This document shows positions 52,982-61,200 of a stretch of DNA of 64,000 nucleotides, in pieces (the stretch's first letter is position 1; every line of letters starts with the position of its first letter). The notes beneath the pieces are model-generated. The model made no database searches. It saw nothing but the letters and a program-made list of their open reading frames with translations, and had not been told where the DNA came from. Made by a program: the position numbers and the translations under genes. The DNA is from Alphaproteobacteria bacterium. GTDB taxonomy: Bacteria; Pseudomonadota; Alphaproteobacteria; UBA7887. The stretch spans positions 3,232,001-3,296,000 of the forward strand of contig CBDCGL010000011.1 of the NCBI GenBank assembly GCA_965216755.1, read 5' to 3'.

Positions 52982-54760
52982 TCACGCGGCCGCTTGATCG
53001 AGCACGTCGCCAAGGCTTTCGATCAACGGTCCCAGATAGGGTTGATAGGCACGGTAGCGACCGACCGCGTGGCGATAAAGCGGTTGCCGCACTTGGTCAT
53101 AGCTGGCCGTCGCCACCGGCCGGTTGGAGTCGTGGAAACGCAGGCAACGGCTGTCCCACGGCAGGTCAAGATACGCCAGGAGTCGACGGACAACAGTCTC
53201 TTGATCGTTGACCATGGTCTCGTAGTCGATTGCGTGGATATCCATGTCCGGCAATTGCTGCCAAAGGCCCATCATTTGACGGTAAAGGCGATAGCGCGTG
53301 CCGAGCGCGGTCAGGTCGGTGCTATATCCATGGCCGGCATAGAAGTCTTGAAAGAAACACGACAAACACGTATCGAGCGGATGGCGGCCGCAATGAACGA
53401 TCCTTGCGCGCGGAAATAGTAGCCGCGCCAAGCCGAGCTCGCTGTAGTTTTCAGGCATTTTGTCGACAACATGGCTGGCACCATTTGCTTGCTCACTTAG
53501 CACGGCAAGGTAAGCATCAGCGAGTTTATCTATTAACGCGGTTGTCGTTGCGTGTAAGCATGATGGATACACAGCGCCGGTTTCTTGTTCAAGATCGCGA
53601 CGCGCTTTATCCAAAAGTGTCAACTCTCCCGCCGCTTCAACATTGCCATGCTGCGCTAATGTTTGCTCGACCAAGGTCGTGCCGGAGCGTGGCATGCCGA
53701 CGATGAAAATCGGCATGGTCGATCGATTGGTGGCGCGGGGCAGGACGCGCCAGTTGTCGGAAACAAAAAACTGGGCGTAGGTTTCGAATCGTTTCGCCCG
53801 CAGCGGCGTGTCATCGCGTTGCGTGCTCAACAGATTGCCTTGTTGATAGGCAGCGAAGGCGCGCGCCGCGTCGCCGGCCGTGTCATGCAAACGCCCCAGA
53901 CCGAAGTGCAGCGTGCGCCGTTGCGCGACCGCCAAGTCGTCGCGCGCCAATGCATGTTCGGCGTGCTCGATGGCCGTTTCTATACATCCCATGCGTGGCG
54001 CGAGCACCATCAGGCAGGCGATCAAATCCGGATCGTCAGGATCGGCCTCCAGCTGTTCGCGCAGCATGGCGATCGCGGCATCGGTATCGCCGCGCCGTTC
54101 CAAGGCGGTGATCCGTCGGCTGGCGAAGCGGCGCGCATCGTCGACATGTGTCTCGCCGTCAGCGAGCGCGTCAAGGGCATCGTCCGGTTTGCCGTCCGCG
54201 AGGCAGGCGTCGGCCAAGCCCTCATACAGCACCGGCCGGCGCGGATCGACGGCAATGGCGCGCCGATACCAGGCGCGGGCGTCGTCGGGCCGGCGCCGGT
54301 TGAGCGACGCAACGGCCATATTGGCCATCGCTTCGACGTGCCGTGGATCGCGCCGCAGGGCGTGGTGTAAATGCAGTTCCGCTTCGTCTTCGCGGCCTAA
54401 GGCATTGAGCGCGGCGGCCAAATTGGTGTGGGCGGCGACATGATCGGGCGCCAACGCCAAGGCTTTGCGAAAATGCGGTAATGCGGCCTCGGTGTCGCCC
54501 AACTTGCGATGGGCTTCGCCGAGATTGTTGTGAAAGTCCGGGTCGCGTGGGGCCAGGCGACAGGCCTTGGTGAAGGCCGCAATGGCGTCCGACCATTCGC
54601 TGCGAGACGTGGCGACGATACCCAGAAGATTCCAAATCAAGGCGTTGTCAGGCGCCTTGCGAGCCAGGCTGGTCAGCAGGGGGCGCGCGCGCAGCGGCGC
54701 GCCCGCGCGGATATGGGCAATCGCTTTCTCGAGCTGCCGTCTGTGCTGTCGCGCGGCCAT
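52982..54760 (-). CDS. TPR-repeat sulfotransferase-family protein
   Basis: TPRs; IFIVGMPRSGTTLVEQ; VDKMPEN; RHPLDTCLSCF; TASYDQVRQPLY. Confidence 0.92.
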   Translation of the reverse strand: MAARQHRRQLEKAIAHIRAGAPLRARPLLTSLARKAPDNALIWNLLGIVATSRSEWSDAIAAFTKACRLAPRDPDFHNNLGEAHRKLGDTEAALPHFRKALALAPDHVAAHTNLAAALNALGREDEAELHLHHALRRDPRHVEAMANMAVASLNRRRPDDARAWYRRAIAVDPRRPVLYEGLADACLADGKPDDALDALADGETHVDDARRFASRRITALERRGDTDAAIAMLREQLEADPDDPDLIACLMVLAPRMGCIETAIEHAEHALARDDLAVAQRRTLHFGLGRLHDTAGDAARAFAAYQQGNLLSTQRDDTPLRAKRFETYAQFFVSDNWRVLPRATNRSTMPIFIVGMPRSGTTLVEQTLAQHGNVEAAGELTLLDKARRDLEQETGAVYPSCLHATTTALIDKLADAYLAVLSEQANGASHVVDKMPENYSELGLARLLFPRARIVHCGRHPLDTCLSCFFQDFYAGHGYSTDLTALGTRYRLYRQMMGLWQQLPDMDIHAIDYETMVNDQETVVRRLLAYLDLPWDSRCLRFHDSNRPVATASYDQVRQPLYRHAVGRYRAYQPYLGPLIESLGDVLDQAAA

Positions 54761-54818
54761 GTCCTTGCCTATTTCGTGTCGCGGCGGTTTTGTAGCACCG
54801 GTGGGTACGGACGAACAA

Positions 54819-55451
54819 TCAGGCCAAGGCGTCGATCGCGGCAATGCCACAAGCACCGGTATGGCGTAAACGCGCTACGGTGACGTGACCAATGCCGCCA
54901 AGTGCATAGGCAGGGATACCGCCGGGGCGACACAGGGCGGCAAAACGGATCGGCCCCAACGGCCGGGCGCCGGGATGGCTGGCGGTGGCAAACACCGGCG
55001 ACAACAAAATCGCATCGGCCCGGGCGCGAACAGCGGCCCGAATCGCGGTCCGTGAATGGGCGGCGACAGTGATCAGCCAACCGGGGCGGCGGCGGCGCCA
55101 TTTCGCCGCGTCGCGAATGCGGGCTTCGCCGAAATGGACGCCATCGGCACGCAATTTGGCGGCCAAGGCGGCGTCACCGGCGATCAAGAATTTAAGCCGG
55201 GCCGCGCGGCACAGCTTCGCCATGGCACGGGCCAAATGGCTTCGGTTGGCGGCGTCATAGTCGCGTAGGATCACCGCACTGCCGAGCGGCAAACGGGCCG
55301 CGCCGATAAACGGGCACGGCGCACGCCGCCGGTCGGTGATCAGAATCAGAGCCGGCAATCGAATTCCCGAGCACCCGGCGCGCGCGTTGAGGCGGCACGC
55401 GTGCTTTGCTAGGGTCGATTGTCGATACTGCGCCAAGGCAAGACCTATCAA
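54819..55451 (-). CDS. Thiamine-phosphate synthase-like (ThiE/TenI fold) protein
   Basis: LILITD, ADGVHF, AAHS, SPVFATASHP, YALGGI, GIAAI. Start uncertain. Confidence 0.8.
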   Translation of the reverse strand: MIGLALAQYRQSTLAKHACRLNARAGCSGIRLPALILITDRRRAPCPFIGAARLPLGSAVILRDYDAANRSHLARAMAKLCRAARLKFLIAGDAALAAKLRADGVHFGEARIRDAAKWRRRRPGWLITVAAHSRTAIRAAVRARADAILLSPVFATASHPGARPLGPIRFAALCRPGGIPAYALGGIGHVTVARLRHTGACGIAAIDALA

Positions 55452-55485
55452 CTATTTGGACTGGTAGAATCAATGGGACCGCGAG

Positions 55486-56196
55486 TTGGCTGAGTCCGAA
55501 CCGCAGCATAGCAGGACTGCGGGCGCCGCCGCGGCGGCGCGTCTTGCTGATGTGCGGTCACGCATTAGCGCTGCGGCGCGCGATGCCGACCGGGATCCTG
55601 GCGCGATAACCTTGGTCGCCGTATCAAAGACTTTTGACGCAGGCAGCATCCGACCCGTGCTGGCGGCCGGCCAAGGTGTGTTTGGCGAAAATCGGGTTCA
55701 AGAAGCGCTGGGCAAATGGCCGTCACTGAAAGCGCATTGGCCGGATACACGCCTGCATTTGATTGGCCCCTTGCAGACCAACAAAGTGCGTGACGCGGTC
55801 GCCCTGTTCGACGTGATCGAGACTGTCGACAGGCCGCGGCTGGCTGATGCCCTGGTGCGAGAACAGGAGCGGATCGGTCGCGCCATCCCATGTTTCATCC
55901 AGGTCAATACCGGCGCGGAAGCCCAAAAAGCCGGAATTCTTCCCACGGATGCCGACACGTTCATAGATCAATGTCGCGAACGCCTGGGCTTGGCGGTCGA
56001 TGGTTTGATGTGCATCCCGCCAATTGACGACGAACCATCGCTCCATTTCGCGTTGCTCGCGGAGATCGCCAAGCGTCACGGTTTGACTCGGCTCAGCATG
56101 GGCATGAGCGCCGATTTCGAAATCGCCATTGCACTCGGCGCAACGCATGTGCGCGTGGGGACCGCAATATTCGGTACGCGTGCGCAACGACCCTGA
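55486..56196 (+). CDS. yggS: PLP homeostasis protein
   Basis: VAVSKT, FGENRVQE, HLIGPLQTNK, LSMGMS, VRVGTAIFG. Confidence 0.96.
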   Translation: MAESEPQHSRTAGAAAAARLADVRSRISAAARDADRDPGAITLVAVSKTFDAGSIRPVLAAGQGVFGENRVQEALGKWPSLKAHWPDTRLHLIGPLQTNKVRDAVALFDVIETVDRPRLADALVREQERIGRAIPCFIQVNTGAEAQKAGILPTDADTFIDQCRERLGLAVDGLMCIPPIDDEPSLHFALLAEIAKRHGLTRLSMGMSADFEIAIALGATHVRVGTAIFGTRAQRP

Positions 56197-56256
56197 TGGG
56201 CAACGTTCCCGGAGCGGATCGTTTCTCATCAGGTCCATTGCATTTGTGCAATGATA

Positions 56257-57174
56257 TCAGAATGCCGCGTCGATTTGTGACGGATTTGCACCACTGTTGC
56301 GCGCTCGCATCATGGCCGCATACTTATCGAGACCGACCAGCATGGCGGCACCGATGTCCGGCGGTGAGTCCGGCGGCGGTGGCGCCATGGCGACGGTTTC
56401 GACCGGGGCGAGCGGCCGCGCTGGCACCGGTTCGGTCGCTTTCATTTGCTCAACGGGCGCGGTCGTCGTCGTCGGGTGGCCGGCGGCTGGGGTCGCGGTG
56501 GTCGACGACACCAAGTGCGCCCATTGCTCTTCGCTGAGGCCGCGCGCAACCGCCGAATCTGTGCGGTCTCCGTGCACAACCTTCATTTCCGCACCAACGG
56601 GCGCGGCTTCATCGGCCGGGGCCGACCCCGCGACGGGATGGCTTTGCCGCCAGGGCAGTTGTTCGTCTGTTTCCGGCGCCGACTGCGGTGCCGCCGCTTC
56701 GGCGACCGCGATCGGGTTTGTCGCCGCTCCGTCGGCGCCGAACAGGGCGGCAAGATGACCGCCCGCATCACGGCCGGTGGCGTCCGCCAGGCCGACATCG
56801 ACAATCGCGCCGGCCATACTGGCCGCAGCGCCGATCGGATTCAGACTGAACAAACCCGCCCCCAGCACGCGTGCCGCGGGCGCGATCGCGTCACCGGTAA
56901 CGGCCCGGTAAACACCCGATAAGACGGGCACATGATGCAGTGGGTTGATCATGTCGAGAACGTCGCCAAAGGTGAATCCGTCATCGCCCCAATCGGCCTC
57001 GGACTGGGCGGTGTGGAGGTTCTCCGATCGCGTCGCAATCGCCCGCGCGGCAAGTTCGCGCCCCAAGGGGCGGGGCCGAGCGTGATCGGCGCGGTCGGCC
57101 GCGGCTTGGGTGTTGGCCGATCCGGGGGTGGCAACAGGGTCAATCGGGGGCATGTACGGGTCCTGGCCGGTCAC
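56257..57174 (-). CDS. Hypothetical protein, likely sigma54-dependent
   Basis: Ordered core FTFGDVLDMINPLHHVPVLSGVYRAVTGDAI flanked by Pro/Ala-rich regions, with C-terminal MLVGLDKY. Start 57174 or 57153. Confidence 0.75.
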   Translation of the reverse strand: MTGQDPYMPPIDPVATPGSANTQAAADRADHARPRPLGRELAARAIATRSENLHTAQSEADWGDDGFTFGDVLDMINPLHHVPVLSGVYRAVTGDAIAPAARVLGAGLFSLNPIGAAASMAGAIVDVGLADATGRDAGGHLAALFGADGAATNPIAVAEAAAPQSAPETDEQLPWRQSHPVAGSAPADEAAPVGAEMKVVHGDRTDSAVARGLSEEQWAHLVSSTTATPAAGHPTTTTAPVEQMKATEPVPARPLAPVETVAMAPPPPDSPPDIGAAMLVGLDKYAAMMRARNSGANPSQIDAAF

Positions 57175-57218
57175 GGGGCGCCGCGCGGGCGCGAAACGCG
57201 CCGCAGCGTCTCAGATCA

Positions 57219-57235
57219 TGCAACCGCAATGCCAA
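57219..57235 (-). promoter_or_regulatory. sigma54 (-24/-12) promoter
   Basis: Minus strand TTGGCAT-TGCGG-TTGCA with exact GG-N10-GC spacing. Confidence 0.75.
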
Positions 57236-57296
57236 CCCAAGAGCGGCGATCAGGCTGCAAATGTGCACGGATTCTGCGATAGCGTCCGCGCGCGGT

Positions 57297-57311
57297 CGGC
57301 ACGGATTGCCG
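57297..57311. promoter_or_regulatory. FlbD/ftr-like enhancer palindrome
   Basis: CGGCA-cggat-TGCCG about 90-100 nt upstream of the inferred sigma54 start site. Confidence 0.5.
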
Positions 57312-57337
57312 CCGGGGGCGGAAAAAAGCGATCTTCG

Positions 57338-58459
57338 CTACAGCATATGGCCGCCGCGGCCGGCCTTTGTCGCCAAATAGCGATCATTGTGCGGATTGGC
57401 TGGGAACGCATGCGCCACTCGCTCGACGACGTCGATTCCGGCCTTGGCCAGCGCGGCGATTTTGGCGGGATTGTTGGTCATCAGCCGGATTGTGGCAAAA
57501 CCAAGCTGAAGCAACATGGCGGCGGCGACGTGATAGTGGCGTTCATCGGCATCAAAACCGAGCTGCTCATTGGCCTCGAAGGTGTCCAAGCCCTGGTCCT
57601 GAAGTTGATACGCGCGCAGCTTGTTGACCAGGCCGATACCACGGCCCTCTTGCGCCAGATACAACACCACACCCGCGCCCGCGGCCGCCATGTCGCGCAC
57701 CGCGCCGCGCAGCTGGTCGCCGCAATCGCAGCGCAGGCTGCCCAGAATATCGCCGGTAAAGCATTGCGAATGCAGACGCACCAAGGTCGGCGCGCCGGGC
57801 CGTGGCGTTCCGATCAGGATCGCCAAATGTTCGCTGCCACCATCGGCTGGTCGAAAGGCGACGACTTCCGCATCGGGCGCGTCGGCCAAAGGCACCCGTG
57901 CGGCGCTGACACGATGCAGGCGGCTGGCCGCCAAATGGGCATAGGCGTGGATTTGGTCAAGATCGACCAACAAAAGGTTATTCACTACGGCCCAATGGGC
58001 GGCGTCATGGGCGATGTTGTCGCTGAGGCGGCGTGTCAACGCGGCCGGCAACAGATTGGCACGCTTCATCAAACTGATCGCCGCGACATCCAACGCGTGG
58101 GCAACGCATGGTGTTGGCAAGCCGTGTCCGGGGTCAGCCGGCCTTGGGGCCACGGGTTCGGCCAGGGCGCGCACATGATCGGCGTTCCAATCCTTGGCCA
58201 GCGGCAAGGCCACGGCAGAGGCCTGCCCATAGGGCACCCCCAAGGCTTTGGCACGCTTTTGGGTGAGCACCAAGGTCGGCATCGTGTCGGCGGTCCGCTC
58301 AAACAATACGCGTGTTGCGTCGGTCAAAAACTCAGGCGACACAACCAGCGCGGCCTCGCCGCCGGCGCCGCGCAGAACCACAGCACCGCCACGGCGCACA
58401 TCACCGATGGCGCGATCGACAGCGAGAATCGCGGCCGAAATATCGTTGCCTTGCGTCAT
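57338..58459 (-). CDS. ribA: GTP cyclohydrolase II with degenerate N-terminal RibB-like region
   Basis: VRLHSQCFTGDILGSLRCDCG, QEGRGIG, DTFEAN, MTNNP, YLATK..GH. Confidence 0.93.
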   Translation of the reverse strand: MTQGNDISAAILAVDRAIGDVRRGGAVVLRGAGGEAALVVSPEFLTDATRVLFERTADTMPTLVLTQKRAKALGVPYGQASAVALPLAKDWNADHVRALAEPVAPRPADPGHGLPTPCVAHALDVAAISLMKRANLLPAALTRRLSDNIAHDAAHWAVVNNLLLVDLDQIHAYAHLAASRLHRVSAARVPLADAPDAEVVAFRPADGGSEHLAILIGTPRPGAPTLVRLHSQCFTGDILGSLRCDCGDQLRGAVRDMAAAGAGVVLYLAQEGRGIGLVNKLRAYQLQDQGLDTFEANEQLGFDADERHYHVAAAMLLQLGFATIRLMTNNPAKIAALAKAGIDVVERVAHAFPANPHNDRYLATKAGRGGHML

Positions 58460-58758
58460 AAAGCCTCTCAAGTATGGCCTACGGGCGGACCCGGACCAAA
58501 TTGGCTCGCGTTGCGCCTTGCTGCGTCAACAGACCATCATAATCCGCCGACCGCCAAAGGACCACATGGCCGCCGGTCGGTCCGCGCCGAAACTTCACTC
58601 ATTCACCACGCCGTTACTCTAAGGGCTTTTGTGTCAGGGGCTTAGACTATGCTATAGTGTGTTATGCTGTGTCGTCGGTGTGGTCGCCGCGGGGCCGTGC
58701 CGCGCCGATGTCACGTGCCGTGGTGACGTTCGGCAGAACTCAGCGATGAAGGGCCACC

Positions 58759-59457
58759 ATGGAAGCCACCGCAACGCGCAAAAGAATCTTGCTGGTTGAG
58801 GACGACGAAGCGTTACGTCAGTCCCTGGCTGAGCAGCTGCAATTGCACGAGGAATTTGAAACGGTCGAAGCGCAATCCGGGGCCGAAACGCTGGAAGCAA
58901 CCAAGTCGCAGCGCTTCGATTTGATTTTGCTCGACATTGGACTGCCCGATTTCGATGGCCGCGAAATGTGCCGGGTGTTGCGTCGCAATGGCCTGAAGAC
59001 GCCGATCATTATGCTGACCGGCGCCGATACGGAAGCCGATACGATTCTCGGCCTTGATTCCGGCGCCAACGACTACATCACCAAGCCGTTTCGACTTGGC
59101 GTTTTGTTGGCGCGCATCAGGGCGCAACTGCGCCAGCATGAGTTGACCGAGGATGCGGTGTTCACCATCGGGCCATATACGTTCCAGCCCGGTGCCAAAC
59201 TGCTGGTCCATAATGACAACAAACGCAAAGTGCGGTTGACCGAAAAAGAAACCGCCATCCTGAAATATCTTTACCGCGCCGGCGACAAGGTGGTCGGCCG
59301 CAATGTGCTGTTGGACGAGGTGTGGGGCTACAACGCCGCCGTCGCCACGCACACTTTGGAAACCCATATTTACCGTCTGCGCCAGAAGATCGAAGAGGAT
59401 CCGTCAAGCGCGCGCATCCTGATCACCGAAACCGGCGGCTACCGGTTGGCGCGCTAA
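58759..59457 (+). CDS. cenR: OmpR-family response regulator, probable CenR/OtpR orthologue
   Basis: Receiver domain (VEDD, LLDIGLPD, DYITKPF) plus wHTH (LTEKETAILKYLY, VWGYN, THTLETHIYRLRQKIE). Orphan gene next to xth, as I recall for CenR/OtpR. Confidence 0.8.
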   Translation: MEATATRKRILLVEDDEALRQSLAEQLQLHEEFETVEAQSGAETLEATKSQRFDLILLDIGLPDFDGREMCRVLRRNGLKTPIIMLTGADTEADTILGLDSGANDYITKPFRLGVLLARIRAQLRQHELTEDAVFTIGPYTFQPGAKLLVHNDNKRKVRLTEKETAILKYLYRAGDKVVGRNVLLDEVWGYNAAVATHTLETHIYRLRQKIEEDPSSARILITETGGYRLAR

Positions 59458-59467
59458 GCCTCCTTCC

Positions 59468-59555
59468 TTCGGTGACAGTTTACTAAATACACCAAATATT
59501 GTGGTCAGTTGTACTAGTATACAATATGTAGTGTATTTAGTAAACTGTCACCGAA
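59468..59555. repeat. 88-bp AT-rich palindromic element (REP/MITE-like) with two NrdR-box-like motifs
   Basis: Perfect 25-bp inverted repeats TTCGGTGACAGTTTACTAAATACAC (59468-59492) and GTGTATTTAGTAAACTGTCACCGAA (59531-59555). Confidence 0.85.
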
Positions 59556-59562
59556 ACAAAAT

Positions 59563-60357
59563 CTAGAATTCTAAGGTCGCGATTACGGGCACATGATCCG
59601 ACGGATGTGGCCAGCCACGCGCGTCGCGCAGGATTTCGGCCGCACGCAGATTTGTCGCCAGATCCGGCGTAACCCAGATATGATCGAGGCGGCGGCCACG
59701 GTCAGAGGCACGCCAGTCGCGCGCGCGATAGCTCCACCAGCTATAAAGCTTTTGTTCGTCGGGCACGAAATAGCGCACGGCATCCACCCAATCGCGTGAC
59801 TGGGCCAAACGCTTGAGCGCCGCGACTTCAACCGGTGTATGGCTGACCACTTTCAACAGTTGCTTGTGTGACCAAACATCGGTTTCCAGCGGCGCGATGT
59901 TCAAATCGCCAACCAGCATCTGGCGGCCCCGGTTTTTGCGCGTGGCGAACCAACCGGTCAATTCTTCGACAAACCCCAATTTGTGGGCGAACTTTTCATT
60001 GAGTCCCGGATCCGGGTCATCGCCGCCCGACGGCACATAGAAATTGTGCAGTTCCAGTTTGTCGGCGACCACGGCGTGCGCATGGCGCGCGTCTTGCTTG
60101 CCCCACCACTCACGTGTCATGCCATTGGTCAGGGGCAATCGCGAAAATATGGCCACCCCATGATATGCGGGCTGACCATTGATCAGCTGATGATCGTAGC
60201 CGAGTTCCGCGAAGACGTCGGTCGGGAAATCTTCTGTTTTGATCTTGATCTCTTGCAGACACAGAACATCCGGATCAGCTTCCGCAACCAGCCGGCGGAT
60301 GCCGTCAAGCCGCAGACGTATTGAGTTGACGTTCCAGCTGGCCACTCTCAGATGCAT
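59563..60357 (-). CDS. xth: Exodeoxyribonuclease III
   Basis: SWNVNS, LQEIK, GVAI, GDLN, YSWWSYR, RLDHI, SDH. Confidence 0.95.
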   Translation of the reverse strand: MHLRVASWNVNSIRLRLDGIRRLVAEADPDVLCLQEIKIKTEDFPTDVFAELGYDHQLINGQPAYHGVAIFSRLPLTNGMTREWWGKQDARHAHAVVADKLELHNFYVPSGGDDPDPGLNEKFAHKLGFVEELTGWFATRKNRGRQMLVGDLNIAPLETDVWSHKQLLKVVSHTPVEVAALKRLAQSRDWVDAVRYFVPDEQKLYSWWSYRARDWRASDRGRRLDHIWVTPDLATNLRAAEILRDARGWPHPSDHVPVIATLEF

Positions 60358-60399
60358 AACGGTGTATCCATGGGTAGTTAATGCCAAGAACCGGTCACG

Positions 60400-61200
60400 T
60401 TAGGCCGCGCCGGGCTCGGACGTGCGGCGCTTGACCATCAGACTGGCCAGAATGACGCCCGATGTCACCAATGCGATCAGCACCGTGCAGACGGCGTTGA
60501 TCTCAGGCGTCACGCCCAATCGCACCTGACTATAAATCTTCATGGGCAAAGTTGTGGCACCCGGGCCGGTGGCGAACGAGGCGATCACCAAATCATCCAG
60601 GGACAATGTGAACGCAAGCAACCATCCGGCGACCAAGGCAGGTGCGATCAGTGGCACGGTGATGGTGAAAAACGTGCGCAGTGGCGGACAGCCCAGATCG
60701 AGGGCCGCTTCCTCAAGCGCGTGGTCAAAGGTGAGCAAGCGCGATTGAACCACGACGGCAACATAGGCCGTGGAAAAAGTGATATGGGCGATGACCACAG
60801 TCCAATAGCCGCGCGCCAGGTCGATCGCGACGAACAACAGCAGCAAAGACAAACCGGTAATCACCTCCGGCATCACCAAAGGCGCATAGACCATGCTGGC
60901 AAATAGGGTGCGTCCATGAAAGCGCCCAAAACGTACCAAGGTGACGCCGGCCATGGTGCCCAACAGCAAAGCAACCGTCGCCGAAACCACCGCCACCCGC
61001 AGCGTTGTCCAGGCAGCGTCCAGCAGCCCCTGATTGTTGAGCATGGCAATGTACCATTTGGTCGAAAAGCCCGCCCATACGGTCACTAGGCGCGATTCGT
61101 TGAAGGAAAAAACAATCAACAACAAAATTGGCAGATAAAGAAACGCAAAGCCAAGCGTCATGGCAATGGTCGCGAAAGACCATGCTCGGTGGCTGATCAC
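60400..61200 (-). CDS. potI: Putrescine ABC transporter permease
   Basis: FLYLPI..FSFN, EEAALDLG, SLDD, TTLPMKIYSQVRLG. GTGA overlap with potH. Confidence 0.92.
   Translation of the reverse strand: MISHRAWSFATIAMTLGFAFLYLPILLLIVFSFNESRLVTVWAGFSTKWYIAMLNNQGLLDAAWTTLRVAVVSATVALLLGTMAGVTLVRFGRFHGRTLFASMVYAPLVMPEVITGLSLLLLFVAIDLARGYWTVVIAHITFSTAYVAVVVQSRLLTFDHALEEAALDLGCPPLRTFFTITVPLIAPALVAGWLLAFTLSLDDLVIASFATGPGATTLPMKIYSQVRLGVTPEINAVCTVLIALVTSGVILASLMVKRRTSEPGAA

Noticed and set aside
57900-58459. RibA N-terminal extension as a novel fusion
   Set aside because: Degenerate RibB-like N-termini are common on alphaproteobacterial RibA proteins.
57110-58645. 511-aa + strand ORF
   Set aside because: Antisense to ribA with no recognisable domain. 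The same applies to 18306-19355, 12671-13543 and most short ORFs in the track.
59468-59555. dif site or CRISPR interpretation of the palindrome
   Set aside because: No XerC/XerD 11-6-11 match, it is near oriC rather than the terminus, and there are no direct repeats with spacers or cas genes.
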